The notes: generated by a model not told the origin, from the letters alone. Positions 49,183 to 59,167 are shown, numbered from the stretch's first letter. The stretch is DNA of 64,000 bases from Promethearchaeota archaeon (GCA_048937405.1 JBHLNF010000006.1:128001-192000), one strand, 5' to 3'. Program-made: numbers and translations.

Positions 49183-50409
49183 TTAATGAAACTGAGATTC
49201 CAGTTTTTTCTTATTTAATATAGAATTTATTCCTTTTTTTAGTGGTGATATTTCCCTTAGACGAGTAATTATAGGTGGGAGTTTTTCTAATAAATATTCT
49301 ATATCATTTTGAGTTGTAAATCTTCCCATTGTAATTCGTAATGAACCGTGAGCCTCTTCAGGTTTTTGACCTATTGCTAATAAAACATGTGATGGTTCTA
49401 AAGATTTTGAAGAACATGCTGATCCTGTCGAGGTTGCGATTCCTTCTTCATTTAAACTTAAAACTATGGATTCACCTTCAATATACCTAAAACCCAAATT
49501 AACATTATTAGGGAGTCTTTGAGTTGGATGTCCGTTTAAGTAAACATCCTCAATATTTTCAGTAACTTCTTTAATAAGACGATCTCTAAATCTAATTAAT
49601 CTTTTTGTCTCTTTACCTATATTTTTTCTGCATAATTCTACAGCTTTTGAAAATCCTACTATTCCCGGGATATTTTCTGTACTTGACCTCAATCCACGTT
49701 CATGTCCTCCACCATGGATTAATGGTTCAATATTCTTTTTGCCTCCTAATTTTCCACCTTTCTCTCTTATATAAAGCAGTCCTACCCCTTTAGGTCCATA
49801 TATTTTATGAGCACTGGCAGAAAGCAAGTCAATATTCATATCTTCAATATTTATAGGAATTCTTCCAAATGCTTGAACTGCATCTGTGTGAAAAATAATA
49901 TTGTGGTTTTTAGCAATTATTCCAATTTCTTTAATAGGTTCAATTGTCCCAATTTCATTATTGGCAAACATAATTGAGATCAATATTGTATTATCTGTAA
50001 TTGCTTCTTCTAATTCATTTAAATCAACTACCCCATATTTATCTACATCTAAATAAGTTACATTAAATCCTAACTTTTCCAAATATTGGCATGGATGAAG
50101 AACAGCATGGTGTTCAATTTTTGATGTTATTATATGATTACCTGTGTTTTTATGTTTAAATCCAACTCCTTTTATTGCTAAATTATCTGATTCTGTTCCA
50201 GAAGACGTAAAATAGATTTCATTTGGTTCTGCGTTCAAAAATAAGGCAATATTATCTCTGGATTGCTCTAGAATTTGATGTGCAGCTTGTCCATAAGAAT
50301 GTAAGCTAGATGCATTTCCAAATGTACCATTTAAATGAATTGTCATCTCGTTTACTACTTCTGGATCCATTGGTGTAGAAGCTGCATAATCTAAATATAC
50401 TTTTTTAAT
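49183..50409 (-). CDS. iscS: Cysteine desulfurase IscS/NifS (probable ATT start)
   Basis: Frame extends 13 codons upstream to include VYLDYAASTP; HTDAVQ, SAHKIYGPKG, STGSACSS. Confidence 0.93.
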   Translation of the reverse strand: MKKVYLDYAASTPMDPEVVNEMTIHLNGTFGNASSLHSYGQAAHQILEQSRDNIALFLNAEPNEIYFTSSGTESDNLAIKGVGFKHKNTGNHIITSKIEHHAVLHPCQYLEKLGFNVTYLDVDKYGVVDLNELEEAITDNTILISIMFANNEIGTIEPIKEIGIIAKNHNIIFHTDAVQAFGRIPINIEDMNIDLLSASAHKIYGPKGVGLLYIREKGGKLGGKKNIEPLIHGGGHERGLRSSTENIPGIVGFSKAVELCRKNIGKETKRLIRFRDRLIKEVTENIEDVYLNGHPTQRLPNNVNLGFRYIEGESIVLSLNEEGIATSTGSACSSKSLEPSHVLLAIGQKPEEAHGSLRITMGRFTTQNDIEYLLEKLPPIITRLREISPLKKGINSILNKKKLESQFH

Positions 50410-50486
50410 AAGAATCTCCCTCTATCAATAATATAATTATATAATCTTTTCAAAATTTTTAACCTACTTTATAGATTTTCAATTAT

Positions 50487-51362
50487 CTAGATACCCCCTC
50501 CTTCTAAACCAAAATAAATCTCATAATCGCTTTCTTTTCTTTCAAGTTCTATTTTAAACTTTTTTTCAAGGAATTCAATTCTTTGATTTATAGAAGAAAG
50601 AGTTATTGTTAATGGATCGGGTAAATCACCATGAGAGAGGTCAATTTTCTTGATTTTTTCACCGTTTCGAGAGATTATCCTTCCAGGAACACCCACTACT
50701 ACTGAATTTGGAGGAATATCCTTAACAACTACCGAGTTTGCCCCTATTTTTACATTATCTCCGATAGTTATAGGTCCTAATATTTTTGCTCCAGTTCCAA
50801 CTACGATATTGTTACCTAATGTTGGATGTCTTTTAATCGTATTCATCATTGTTCCTCCCAGAACAACTCCCTGATAAATGGTTACATTATCTCCTATTTT
50901 TGCTGTTTCTCCAATAACAACACCGCCTCCATGATCTATAAAAAAATCCTTTCCAATTTCAGCACCGGGATGAATTTCAATACCAGTTAACTCCCTAGCA
51001 ATCTCAGAGATATACCTAGGTACAAAAGGCATCATTATTTTCCAGAAAAAATGACTAATACGATGTAATAAGATAGCTTTAATTCCTGGATAACTTGTTA
51101 AAACTTCTAATAAAGACTGCGCGGCAGGATCTTTATTAAATGCAGCACTTACATCTGATACAAAGAAATTCAAAATTTTTTGCAAATTTTGATCTATCTC
51201 TTCACGATTTAACTCTTCTAATCGATAATCTAAATTTAATATGCATTCTGCACAAAAATTATAATTATTTCTCTCTTTATGCCTTAGAGTTTTACCACAA
51301 CTTAAACAATTTAAAAATTCTTCCATTTTATACTCTTTTTCAGAAATCGTATTAAATGGCAA
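50487..51362 (-). CDS. cysE: Serine O-acetyltransferase with N-terminal Zn-ribbon-like extension
   Basis: DPAA, YPG, GIEIHPGA, FIDHG, RHPTLG, VVGVPGR; N-term CLSC..CAEC; ends GGGI. Confidence 0.93.
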   Translation of the reverse strand: MPFNTISEKEYKMEEFLNCLSCGKTLRHKERNNYNFCAECILNLDYRLEELNREEIDQNLQKILNFFVSDVSAAFNKDPAAQSLLEVLTSYPGIKAILLHRISHFFWKIMMPFVPRYISEIARELTGIEIHPGAEIGKDFFIDHGGGVVIGETAKIGDNVTIYQGVVLGGTMMNTIKRHPTLGNNIVVGTGAKILGPITIGDNVKIGANSVVVKDIPPNSVVVGVPGRIISRNGEKIKKIDLSHGDLPDPLTITLSSINQRIEFLEKKFKIELERKESDYEIYFGLEGGGI

Positions 51363-51425
51363 TTAATGTCTTAAAATAAAAAATTAAGTGCAATTTTTTC
51401 ATCTAATTTTAAAAAATAATTATAA

Positions 51426-51713
51426 TTATCCTCCCGCAATAGCAGGTAAAAAAGATATTTCATCACCATCTTTAATCATGGTATCCAGTTCATCTAGTTT
51501 ACGAATATCCTTTCCATTAATTCCGATAATAATATACTTATTTAGCTTACCTTTTGCATTAAATAGATTTTTTTCAAAATTTCTTCCAAGTAGTGAATTC
51601 AATCTCACTAAAATATCTCTAATTGTTAACTCGTTATTAAATGTTAAAGAAATTTCTTTTTTACCTACAATATCCTCTAATAAAGAAAAGAATGAGGTCT
51701 TTATATTTATCAT
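51426..51713 (-). CDS. moaD: MoaD/ThiS/SAMP ubiquitin-like sulfur carrier
   Basis: Beta-grasp pattern ending DGDEISFLPAIAGG. Confidence 0.9.
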   Translation of the reverse strand: MINIKTSFFSLLEDIVGKKEISLTFNNELTIRDILVRLNSLLGRNFEKNLFNAKGKLNKYIIIGINGKDIRKLDELDTMIKDGDEISFLPAIAGG

Positions 51714-51849
51714 GTAATAAACCCTTTAAAATTCAATTTCAAGTTCATTAGCATATTATTATATTCTAAAAAAATATTGCATTTATCTATTTGGATTATA
51801 AAATTTAAAAAATACTGTAATTATAATGAATAATAAAATCCTTAGTTAA

Positions 51850-52791
51850 GTGATTATTATCAATAAATCAAAACTGAATATTGGACATCTTTCAACTGCT
51901 TATCATACAAATTACATATTAATGGAGTCTGAAGATTTAACAAAAGATTTAAAAATTATTGTAAATTGGATTTTGTTCGGGACAGGTCCCGCGATGGTTA
52001 AAGCATTTAGAGAAGAAAAACTTGATATTGGCTATATGGGTTTACCACCTGCGATAATAGGAATTGATCACGGTGTTACTATCAAATGTATAGCGGGTGG
52101 TCATGTTGAGGGAACGATTATGGTTGCCAAGATGGAATACAAAATACAAGAACAATTAAATAACAATTTAAAAAGAGTACTTTCCCAATTTAAAGGAAAA
52201 ACAATAGGAGTTCCAAGTAAGGGATCTATTCATGATGTTATATTAATGCATTATCTGGAAAAATTTAATTTAATAGATGATATTGAAGTTAAGAATTATG
52301 AACAAGCAGAATTTATAGCAAAAGATATGAAGGAGGGTATTTTAGAAGCAGGAGTTGGAACTCCTGCCCTAGCAGTTTTTGCATCAACAATGTTAAAATC
52401 TCATTTAATTATTAAGGCAAAAGAACTATGGTCAAATAATCCTAGCTATGGATTATTTATTCATGATAATTTTGTTAAAAAAGATCCTGAAATTTTATTG
52501 AAATTTTTGTATCATCATAAAAGTGCTTCATATTTACTTAGAAATGATCCATCAATGGCGGCTGAAAAAATAGTTAAATCCTTTAGAATTATTGATAAGA
52601 ACTATGCTGAATCCGTTTTAAGGATATCCCCTAAATACTGCATAGCTCTCTCAGAAGGTTATGTTAAATCAACAATGAGGTTTGTAAAAACGCTTTATAG
52701 CTTAGGATATATTTCACGAAAGCTTAAAGTTAGAGAGATTTTTGACTTTAGATTTGTCAATGAAGTGCATCCTGAACCTGCACACTACTAA
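51850..52791 (+). CDS. SsuA/NMT1-like substrate-binding protein, no obvious signal peptide
   Basis: IGHLSTAYH, TGPAMV, LDIGYMGLPP, GVPSKGSIHD. Confidence 0.78.
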   Translation: MIIINKSKLNIGHLSTAYHTNYILMESEDLTKDLKIIVNWILFGTGPAMVKAFREEKLDIGYMGLPPAIIGIDHGVTIKCIAGGHVEGTIMVAKMEYKIQEQLNNNLKRVLSQFKGKTIGVPSKGSIHDVILMHYLEKFNLIDDIEVKNYEQAEFIAKDMKEGILEAGVGTPALAVFASTMLKSHLIIKAKELWSNNPSYGLFIHDNFVKKDPEILLKFLYHHKSASYLLRNDPSMAAEKIVKSFRIIDKNYAESVLRISPKYCIALSEGYVKSTMRFVKTLYSLGYISRKLKVREIFDFRFVNEVHPEPAHY

Positions 52792-52868
52792 GTTAATTAG
52801 AATTGTAATTCATTGCTTATAATTCTATAATTGTATCTTTTTATGTTAAGCATTCTTGTATTTAAATT

Positions 52869-53432
52869 ATGGTAATAGATAACATAGATAAGCAAGTTAT
52901 TAATGCTTTATATGAAAAAGGACGTGAAAGTTTAATTAATATAGGGGAAAAAGTTTTCAGATCAGATCAAGATATCATGAGTCATACCGGAGTACGAAAA
53001 AGGATTAAAAAATTAGAGGATTTAGGAATACTTAAAGTTCAAGGCAACATCAATATCAGTACCCTAAATTATAAGGTTTGTTTAATTCTTCTTGAAATGA
53101 AAAATTATGATGAAGTTAAGAAGATAATTGAATTTTACTCAAACTGTCCAAGAGTTTTCTTATTAGCTCAAATCACTGGAAGGTTTAATTTAATCATAGG
53201 AATAATAGGACAAAATACTGAGGTTTTACATAGATATATTAATTACTGTGGACCAACTAATAAAGAAGGATTATTACATTCTGAAATCCTATTTGTATCG
53301 AGTTTAAATTGTCCAGAATATCTCCCTCTAAACTTATTTAGCAGTAAAAGTCAAGAAATTAAATGTAAGAATGTGTGTAAAGATTGTGAAGCATTTTTGG
53401 ATGGTAAATGTGATGGATGCGGTAATTTCTAA
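52869..53432 (+). CDS. Lrp/AsnC regulator with Cys-rich C-terminal tail
   Basis: IDNIDKQVI..GVRKRIKKLED.GI; ends CKNVCKDC......KCDGC. Confidence 0.82.
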   Translation: MVIDNIDKQVINALYEKGRESLINIGEKVFRSDQDIMSHTGVRKRIKKLEDLGILKVQGNINISTLNYKVCLILLEMKNYDEVKKIIEFYSNCPRVFLLAQITGRFNLIIGIIGQNTEVLHRYINYCGPTNKEGLLHSEILFVSSLNCPEYLPLNLFSSKSQEIKCKNVCKDCEAFLDGKCDGCGNF

Positions 53433-53637
53433 ATTTAATTTTATCAGAAAAGAATATAGTTTTAGATTCCAAAGAGTTAAAATTTGAAACTCAAATATTA
53501 GATTTTGTTTTAAATTGAAACTAACAATGAAATATTCGATTAAATTAATAAATCTCCAATAATCTTATATAAGAAAAGAGTTTACTATAAATTGAAGATT
53601 TAAATAAAATTTTTTTATTTTTAAAAAGCAGAAATAT

Positions 53638-53895
53638 ATGATCATTGAAGATTTTTATTCCGTTAATAATTATAAAGAGAAGATGAACCTTATCGCTCTA
53701 TCTCCTTCAAGCAAATTTGTTTTATATATATTAAAGCAGCGAGGTCCTTTAAAAGAGAAAGAAATTATTAAAAAAACTTTATTACCAAAACGAACAATTG
53801 CTTATGCTTTAAAAAAACTTCAGGAAATGAATTTTATTAGAAAATCAAAAGATATTTATGATAAACGGGTAAGTATTTTTGAAAGTTTAATATGA
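53638..53895 (+). CDS. Small winged-helix DNA-binding protein
   Basis: LSPSSKFVLYILKQRGPL..KEI..TLLPKRTIAYALKKL. Confidence 0.75.
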   Translation: MIIEDFYSVNNYKEKMNLIALSPSSKFVLYILKQRGPLKEKEIIKKTLLPKRTIAYALKKLQEMNFIRKSKDIYDKRVSIFESLI

Positions 53896-53917
53896 GATAA
53901 ATAACTTTCCTGATTTT

Positions 53918-54370
53918 TTAAAGATTTTTACGTTTGAATGGTCCTAATTCTTTTATTTGATTTGTAAATTCTGTAATTACATCAGCAAATTTCTTTCCTT
54001 CGGAGGCACTTACCCATTCCAATCGTACTCTTTTTGGATCTATTCCTAGTTGTTTGATTAAAATATTATGTAAACGTTCAAATCTCTCTTGAGTATATTC
54101 ATTCCCAGTAATATAATGGCAATCACCAATATGACAGCCACTTACAAGAACACCGTCACCACCATTTTTTAATGCTTTTAGGATGAAGGAGGGATCAACC
54201 CGTCCAGAGCACATTACTCGTATAATTCTTATATTTGGAGGATATTGAAATCGTGAAACCCCTGCTAAATCAGCTCCAGCATAACTACACCAATTACAGC
54301 AAAAAACTAAAATATTTGGCTCAAATCCTTCATTTTTATTTTGATTTTTAGATTTTGACATGAATATCAC
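53918..54370 (-). CDS. mvhD: MvhD-like [2Fe-2S] subunit (Cys form)
   Basis: FCCNWCSY, RVMCSGRV, GCHIGDCHY, WVSASEG. Confidence 0.94.
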   Translation of the reverse strand: MIFMSKSKNQNKNEGFEPNILVFCCNWCSYAGADLAGVSRFQYPPNIRIIRVMCSGRVDPSFILKALKNGGDGVLVSGCHIGDCHYITGNEYTQERFERLHNILIKQLGIDPKRVRLEWVSASEGKKFADVITEFTNQIKELGPFKRKNL

Positions 54371-57300
54371 CTATAAACCGTTTTTAATTTCCTCCTTTTC
54401 TAATAGATATGAATCAATCATTGTGGAGATTTGGTCAAAATCATAGTGTTTAACCATTATAGCTCCAACTTTACATGTTGCAGCACATGTTCCACATCCT
54501 TTACATACAGCAGCGTTGATATTAGATTTTTTAACTTTAATGGTTATATCTTCAAATTCTTTTTCAATTTCTATAAGATTTATAGCTTTATAAGGACAAA
54601 CATCCTCGCATTCTCCACATCCGATGCATTTTTCTTCTAAAACTTCTGCAATCAATCCAGATGTAGTAATTTTATCTGCACTGAGAAATCTACTAGCTCT
54701 TCCAGCAGCACCATTAGCTTGAGAAATTGTGTCTTGAATATTTTTTGGCCATTGAGCACATCCACATAAGAAAATACCATCAGTTGCAAAATCTAAAGGT
54801 CTTAATTTTACATGTGCTTCTAAAAAGAATCCATTTTTATCTAGTGGAACTTTAAGCATCATTGCTAATTCTTTTAAGTTATCTGTGGGAATCATTGGTG
54901 TAGAAAGTATTACTAGATCAGTTTCAAATTCGACATTATCTTTTAAATTAGTATCATAAACTTTTATCTGATATTGTTCAGGACTTTTTTTTTTCCTTTT
55001 TATTTCTGGTAAATTATTTAAGTCATATCTTAGAAATATAGCGTCTTTTCTACGTTCACGATAATATTCTTCAAATTCTTTTTTAGCCATTTGTAAATCT
55101 CTATAAATTACTACAATTTCTAAATCAGGCTTTAATTCTTTTAATATTCTAATGTTTTTTATTGAATTTACGCAACATATATTAGAGCAGTAAGTTATTC
55201 CCTCATTTTGTCTGGCATTAACACATAAAATTACTGTTATACGATTAATTTGGCTTAGCCATGAAGTATCCTTATTTTTTAATTTTTGCTCTAAGTCTAA
55301 TTGAGTTATTACATTCTTATTTTTTTCATTATAACCAAAAAGTCCTGTTGGTTTATATTCTTGACCTCCAGTCGCAACTATTATGGTACCAATTTTAATT
55401 TCATGAATCTTATTATCAGAATCACTGATCTCAACATCATAATTACCAACATAACCCTTAATATTCTTTATTCCACCATTTAGGAATACTTGAATATTAT
55501 TGCTTCTTTCAATTTTTTCCTTTAATTCATTTAATAACTCAAGTGCATTTTTATGAACTGGATACAAAGTATTTAGAAATCTTAGATTTCCTCCTAATTC
55601 ACTTTCTTTTTCTACAATAATAGTTTTAAATCCTTGATTGGCGGTATTTAATGCTGCCGTTATACCAGCAACACCTCCACCAATAATTAATGCTGTATGG
55701 GTAATATCTATTTTTTCTTCTTTTTGAGGTTTTAATAATTTAGATTTTGCAACATGCATTCTGATTAAATCAATAGCTTTTTCTGTTGCAGCATCTTTGT
55801 TTGTCATGTGAACCCAAGAACATTGATCTCGAATATTTACAAGTTCAAAAAGATATTTATTCAAGCCACCTTCTTGACATGTTTCTTGAAATAATGATTC
55901 GTGAGTTCTTGGAGTACAAGATGCTACTATAAAACGATTTAAATCATATTCCGCAATTAATTCCTTAATCCTTATTTGAGAATCAGAAGAACAAGAGTAC
56001 AAATTTGCTTCGCAAACCACTACATTTGGCAATTTTTTAACATAATCTACTACTCTTGGCACATCTACGTAATTTCCTATATTAATTCCACAATGACAAA
56101 CCATTACACCTATTCGAGGTTCATCTGTAATTCTGATCTCTTTTTCTGGCACATCAAATACTTTTTCTTTTATTTGCGTGTATTTTACAGAATTTAATAA
56201 ATCAGCTATTTGTGCTGCTACACCACTTGCATCAGCTACAGTCTCAGGGATGTCCATTGGACCTTGACAAAATCCGCACAAATAAACTCCATTTCTAGTT
56301 GATTTTAATTTATCAAAATATGACTTTTCTTGGAAAAAATTATATTTATCTAGCTCAATTCCTAATGAGTTTCCTAATTCTTTTACTCCTGTTGACGGAA
56401 CTAAAGGTGATGCTAGAACAACTAAATTAGCTCGAAAATCGTTAAATTCACCTGTTTTTAAATCTTCATAATGTATGATTAAGTCTTTGGTTTCTGGATC
56501 TTCTACAATGGTACTTATTTTAGATTGAAAATATTTTACACCATATTCTTCCTGAGCTCTTTGTGTGAATTCATAGAAATTTTTACCATAGGCACGAATA
56601 TCATGTCGAAATACATAACATTCTGAATTCTCCGAATGCTCTTGTGTTATTATTGCTTGTTTTGCTGTATAAGTGCAACAAACACTAGAACAAAAAGGAA
56701 CATTTTCATGAAGATCTCTAGACCCCGCACATTGTACAAATGCAATTACTTCAGGTTCCTTTTCATCACTTAATCGCATAACATGACCACCAAAAGGTCC
56801 AGATGCGCATAAAATCCTCTCATACTCAAGAGCACTTACAACATTTTCGAATCTATAACCCCATCTTGAAGTTAATTTATCAGCAGGCATCTCAAATCCA
56901 GTAGCAACCACTACTGCACCAACCTTAATCTCAAATTCTTCAGGCTTTTGTTCAAAATCTATAGCAGCAGCAGGGCATACTTTTTTACATACCTGACATA
57001 CACCCTTCTTTAAATACAAACACATCTCTGAATCAATTAAATATATAGGTGGTACTGCTTGAGGAAAAGGAATATATACAGATTTTCTTTTACCTATATT
57101 CATCTCAAAAGGATTTGGAGCTAAAATTTTAGGACATTTATTAGCACACTCACCACATCCTTTGCATTTCGTTTCATCAATATATCGAGGTTTCTTTAAA
57201 ATTTTAGCAGTAAAATCACCAGGTTCACCATCAATATGAAGAACTTCATGATAAGTCATCAATTCAACATTAGGATTCCGAAAAACTTCTACCATTTTTG

Positions 57301-57478
57301 GGGCTAATATACATAAAGAGCAATCTAATGTAGGAAAAGTTTTATCTAATTGAGCCATTCTTCCTCCAATTGAAGGCGATTTTTCTACTAAATATACTTT
57401 AAATCCTAATTCTGTAAGGTCAAGAGAAATTTGAATTCCCGCAATCCCTCCTCCAATTACTAATACAGAACCTTCCAT
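54371..57478 (-). CDS. hdrA: Large tandem-module HdrA-like flavoprotein
   Basis: GGGIAG, DKTFPTLDCSLCILAP, QCAGSR..CSSVCC, VCHCG, EAHVKLRP, C-terminal ferredoxin. Confidence 0.93.
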   Translation of the reverse strand: MEGSVLVIGGGIAGIQISLDLTELGFKVYLVEKSPSIGGRMAQLDKTFPTLDCSLCILAPKMVEVFRNPNVELMTYHEVLHIDGEPGDFTAKILKKPRYIDETKCKGCGECANKCPKILAPNPFEMNIGKRKSVYIPFPQAVPPIYLIDSEMCLYLKKGVCQVCKKVCPAAAIDFEQKPEEFEIKVGAVVVATGFEMPADKLTSRWGYRFENVVSALEYERILCASGPFGGHVMRLSDEKEPEVIAFVQCAGSRDLHENVPFCSSVCCTYTAKQAIITQEHSENSECYVFRHDIRAYGKNFYEFTQRAQEEYGVKYFQSKISTIVEDPETKDLIIHYEDLKTGEFNDFRANLVVLASPLVPSTGVKELGNSLGIELDKYNFFQEKSYFDKLKSTRNGVYLCGFCQGPMDIPETVADASGVAAQIADLLNSVKYTQIKEKVFDVPEKEIRITDEPRIGVMVCHCGINIGNYVDVPRVVDYVKKLPNVVVCEANLYSCSSDSQIRIKELIAEYDLNRFIVASCTPRTHESLFQETCQEGGLNKYLFELVNIRDQCSWVHMTNKDAATEKAIDLIRMHVAKSKLLKPQKEEKIDITHTALIIGGGVAGITAALNTANQGFKTIIVEKESELGGNLRFLNTLYPVHKNALELLNELKEKIERSNNIQVFLNGGIKNIKGYVGNYDVEISDSDNKIHEIKIGTIIVATGGQEYKPTGLFGYNEKNKNVITQLDLEQKLKNKDTSWLSQINRITVILCVNARQNEGITYCSNICCVNSIKNIRILKELKPDLEIVVIYRDLQMAKKEFEEYYRERRKDAIFLRYDLNNLPEIKRKKKSPEQYQIKVYDTNLKDNVEFETDLVILSTPMIPTDNLKELAMMLKVPLDKNGFFLEAHVKLRPLDFATDGIFLCGCAQWPKNIQDTISQANGAAGRASRFLSADKITTSGLIAEVLEEKCIGCGECEDVCPYKAINLIEIEKEFEDITIKVKKSNINAAVCKGCGTCAATCKVGAIMVKHYDFDQISTMIDSYLLEKEEIKNGL

Positions 57479-58758
57479 TATTTTTCTACCTCCTTTTTTT
57501 GATTGGAATCGACAATATTTATTAAATTTACTAAGAATTCTGAAAAATCAACTATTTCTATCGATGATATATCCTCATAATCTTTTTGTAAACAAGATAA
57601 ATGCATCTTACATTTGGGACATGAAGTTACCATTATCTCTCCGGCATCTTTAGCTTCTAAAAGCCTTTTATATCTTAAGGCTTTTGACCGATCATTACAA
57701 TTCATCCAAGAACTTACTCCACAACACAAAGCATCAGTTTTATTATGAGTCATTTCATTGAATTCATACCCTAATTTTTTTAGATGAGAAAAAATCTCCC
57801 TTACATTATTTATTATATTACTGTTCTTAGGTAAAAAGCGACTTAAACGACATGGATCATGATAAGTAAATGGAATTGGTTCCTCTTTTTGGGAAGGATT
57901 TTTAAAGTCAATCTTATTAGCTTTCCAATTTTCATAGATATATTCAATCAAATGCTTAACAACAAATTTTTCATTAAAATCTTCAAATAAATCTGGATAA
58001 TCTACTTTAAATGTCCTATAACATTCGGCACAAGCTGTTATAATTGTTTTAGCTCCAGTTTCTTCAATTTTTTTGATATTTCTTTTTGCTAAATTGATAA
58101 ATTCTTTAAGTTTTCCCTGACCCCAGTATAGATCATGTCCACAACAGATTTCATCTTGAAGAACTACAATTGGTTCTTTTTCAATTTGACATAATATTTT
58201 CAATGTACTTTCTGCTATAGAATTTGAATGTTCAAACTCAAAATTGAAATAAGGTAAGCACCCAACATAGTACATAGTATTTCCTTGGTTTGAAATTTGA
58301 CAGTCACCAGGAACCCATTCAAGAGATCTCTTTGGATTTATATGAGCCTCACTCATTATTTCTGATATTGTGGTATATACACCTTTATGAGCAACAAAAT
58401 CATCTGGGTTCTGATTATAAGATTCTCGCATTTTATATTTAGCCATTCTAACGATATCTGCAAAATTTATTCCCTCAGGGCAGTTTTGCAAACAGGCATT
58501 ACACGTTAAGCAATCCCACAGAATTCCACTTTTAATGATCTTATCTTCAAATCCTTCCAATATCATTTGAATTATTCTACTTGGTTCAAATGTTTGAACC
58601 TTACTAAGCTGACAAACACCACTACAACGAACACACTGATAACATCTTAATAATGATTTTCTTATATCTGGTTCATAAATTTTTTCTAATAAAGGATCGA
58701 TATTATCTGTAAGTTCTTTTGAATCATCTACTTTTGATGTTTCAGTAATATTATTCAC
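57478..58758 (-). CDS. hdrD: HdrD-like protein (HdrC ferredoxin + two CCG domains)
   Basis: CYQCVRCSGVC, CLTCNACLQNCP, YYVGC, CCG, ACAEC, YHDPC, CCG, SCPKC. Confidence 0.85.
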   Translation of the reverse strand: MNNITETSKVDDSKELTDNIDPLLEKIYEPDIRKSLLRCYQCVRCSGVCQLSKVQTFEPSRIIQMILEGFEDKIIKSGILWDCLTCNACLQNCPEGINFADIVRMAKYKMRESYNQNPDDFVAHKGVYTTISEIMSEAHINPKRSLEWVPGDCQISNQGNTMYYVGCLPYFNFEFEHSNSIAESTLKILCQIEKEPIVVLQDEICCGHDLYWGQGKLKEFINLAKRNIKKIEETGAKTIITACAECYRTFKVDYPDLFEDFNEKFVVKHLIEYIYENWKANKIDFKNPSQKEEPIPFTYHDPCRLSRFLPKNSNIINNVREIFSHLKKLGYEFNEMTHNKTDALCCGVSSWMNCNDRSKALRYKRLLEAKDAGEIMVTSCPKCKMHLSCLQKDYEDISSIEIVDFSEFLVNLINIVDSNQKKEVEK

Positions 58759-58875
58759 TTTTTTTGATTAATAGAACTTTTATTAATTTGAACTATTGAT
58801 GAATAGGAAAAAAAAGGAAATAATTTATTTTTTCTGATTAGATTTCATAACTCAAATGTCAAATTTGAATATAAG

Positions 58876-58899
58876 ACAATGATCACTATTGATCATTGT
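58876..58899. terminator. Hairpin/palindrome ACAATGATCA-CTAT-TGATCATTGT after the hdrA remnant
   Basis: Perfect 10-bp arms; degenerate in repeat copy 2; could be a terminator or an operator for hdrD. Confidence 0.45.
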
Positions 58900-58909
58900 T
58901 TATTCAAAA

Positions 58910-59167
58910 TTACATTACAAATGTCTTAATCATAGCATTAATTTGTTCAAAATCGTAATGTTTAATGGTGATTGCACCAACAGGACAATATACATCACAA
59001 GTTCCACATCCCTTGCATAATCCTGAATTAATTAAAGATTTTTTAATGGGTAAATTCACTTCCTCAAATTCTTTTAATACATTCAATATTTCTATTACAT
59101 TATAAGAACAAGCATCTTTACAGGTTCCACAACCGATACATATCTCTTGATCTACTTCCGCTACTAA
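58910..59167 (-). pseudogene. Orphan C-terminal 2x[4Fe-4S] segment of hdrA (no start codon)
   Basis: LVAEVDQEICIGCGTCKDAC...LCKGCGTCDVYCPVGAITIKHYDFEQINAMIKTFVM-stop; in-frame TAA just upstream. Confidence 0.8.

Larger units (their letters stand above)
58867..59167. repeat. Direct repeat copy 1 (hdrA 3' end + 3' flank)
   Basis: Gap-free match to 62960..63260 at offset 4093. Confidence 0.9.
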
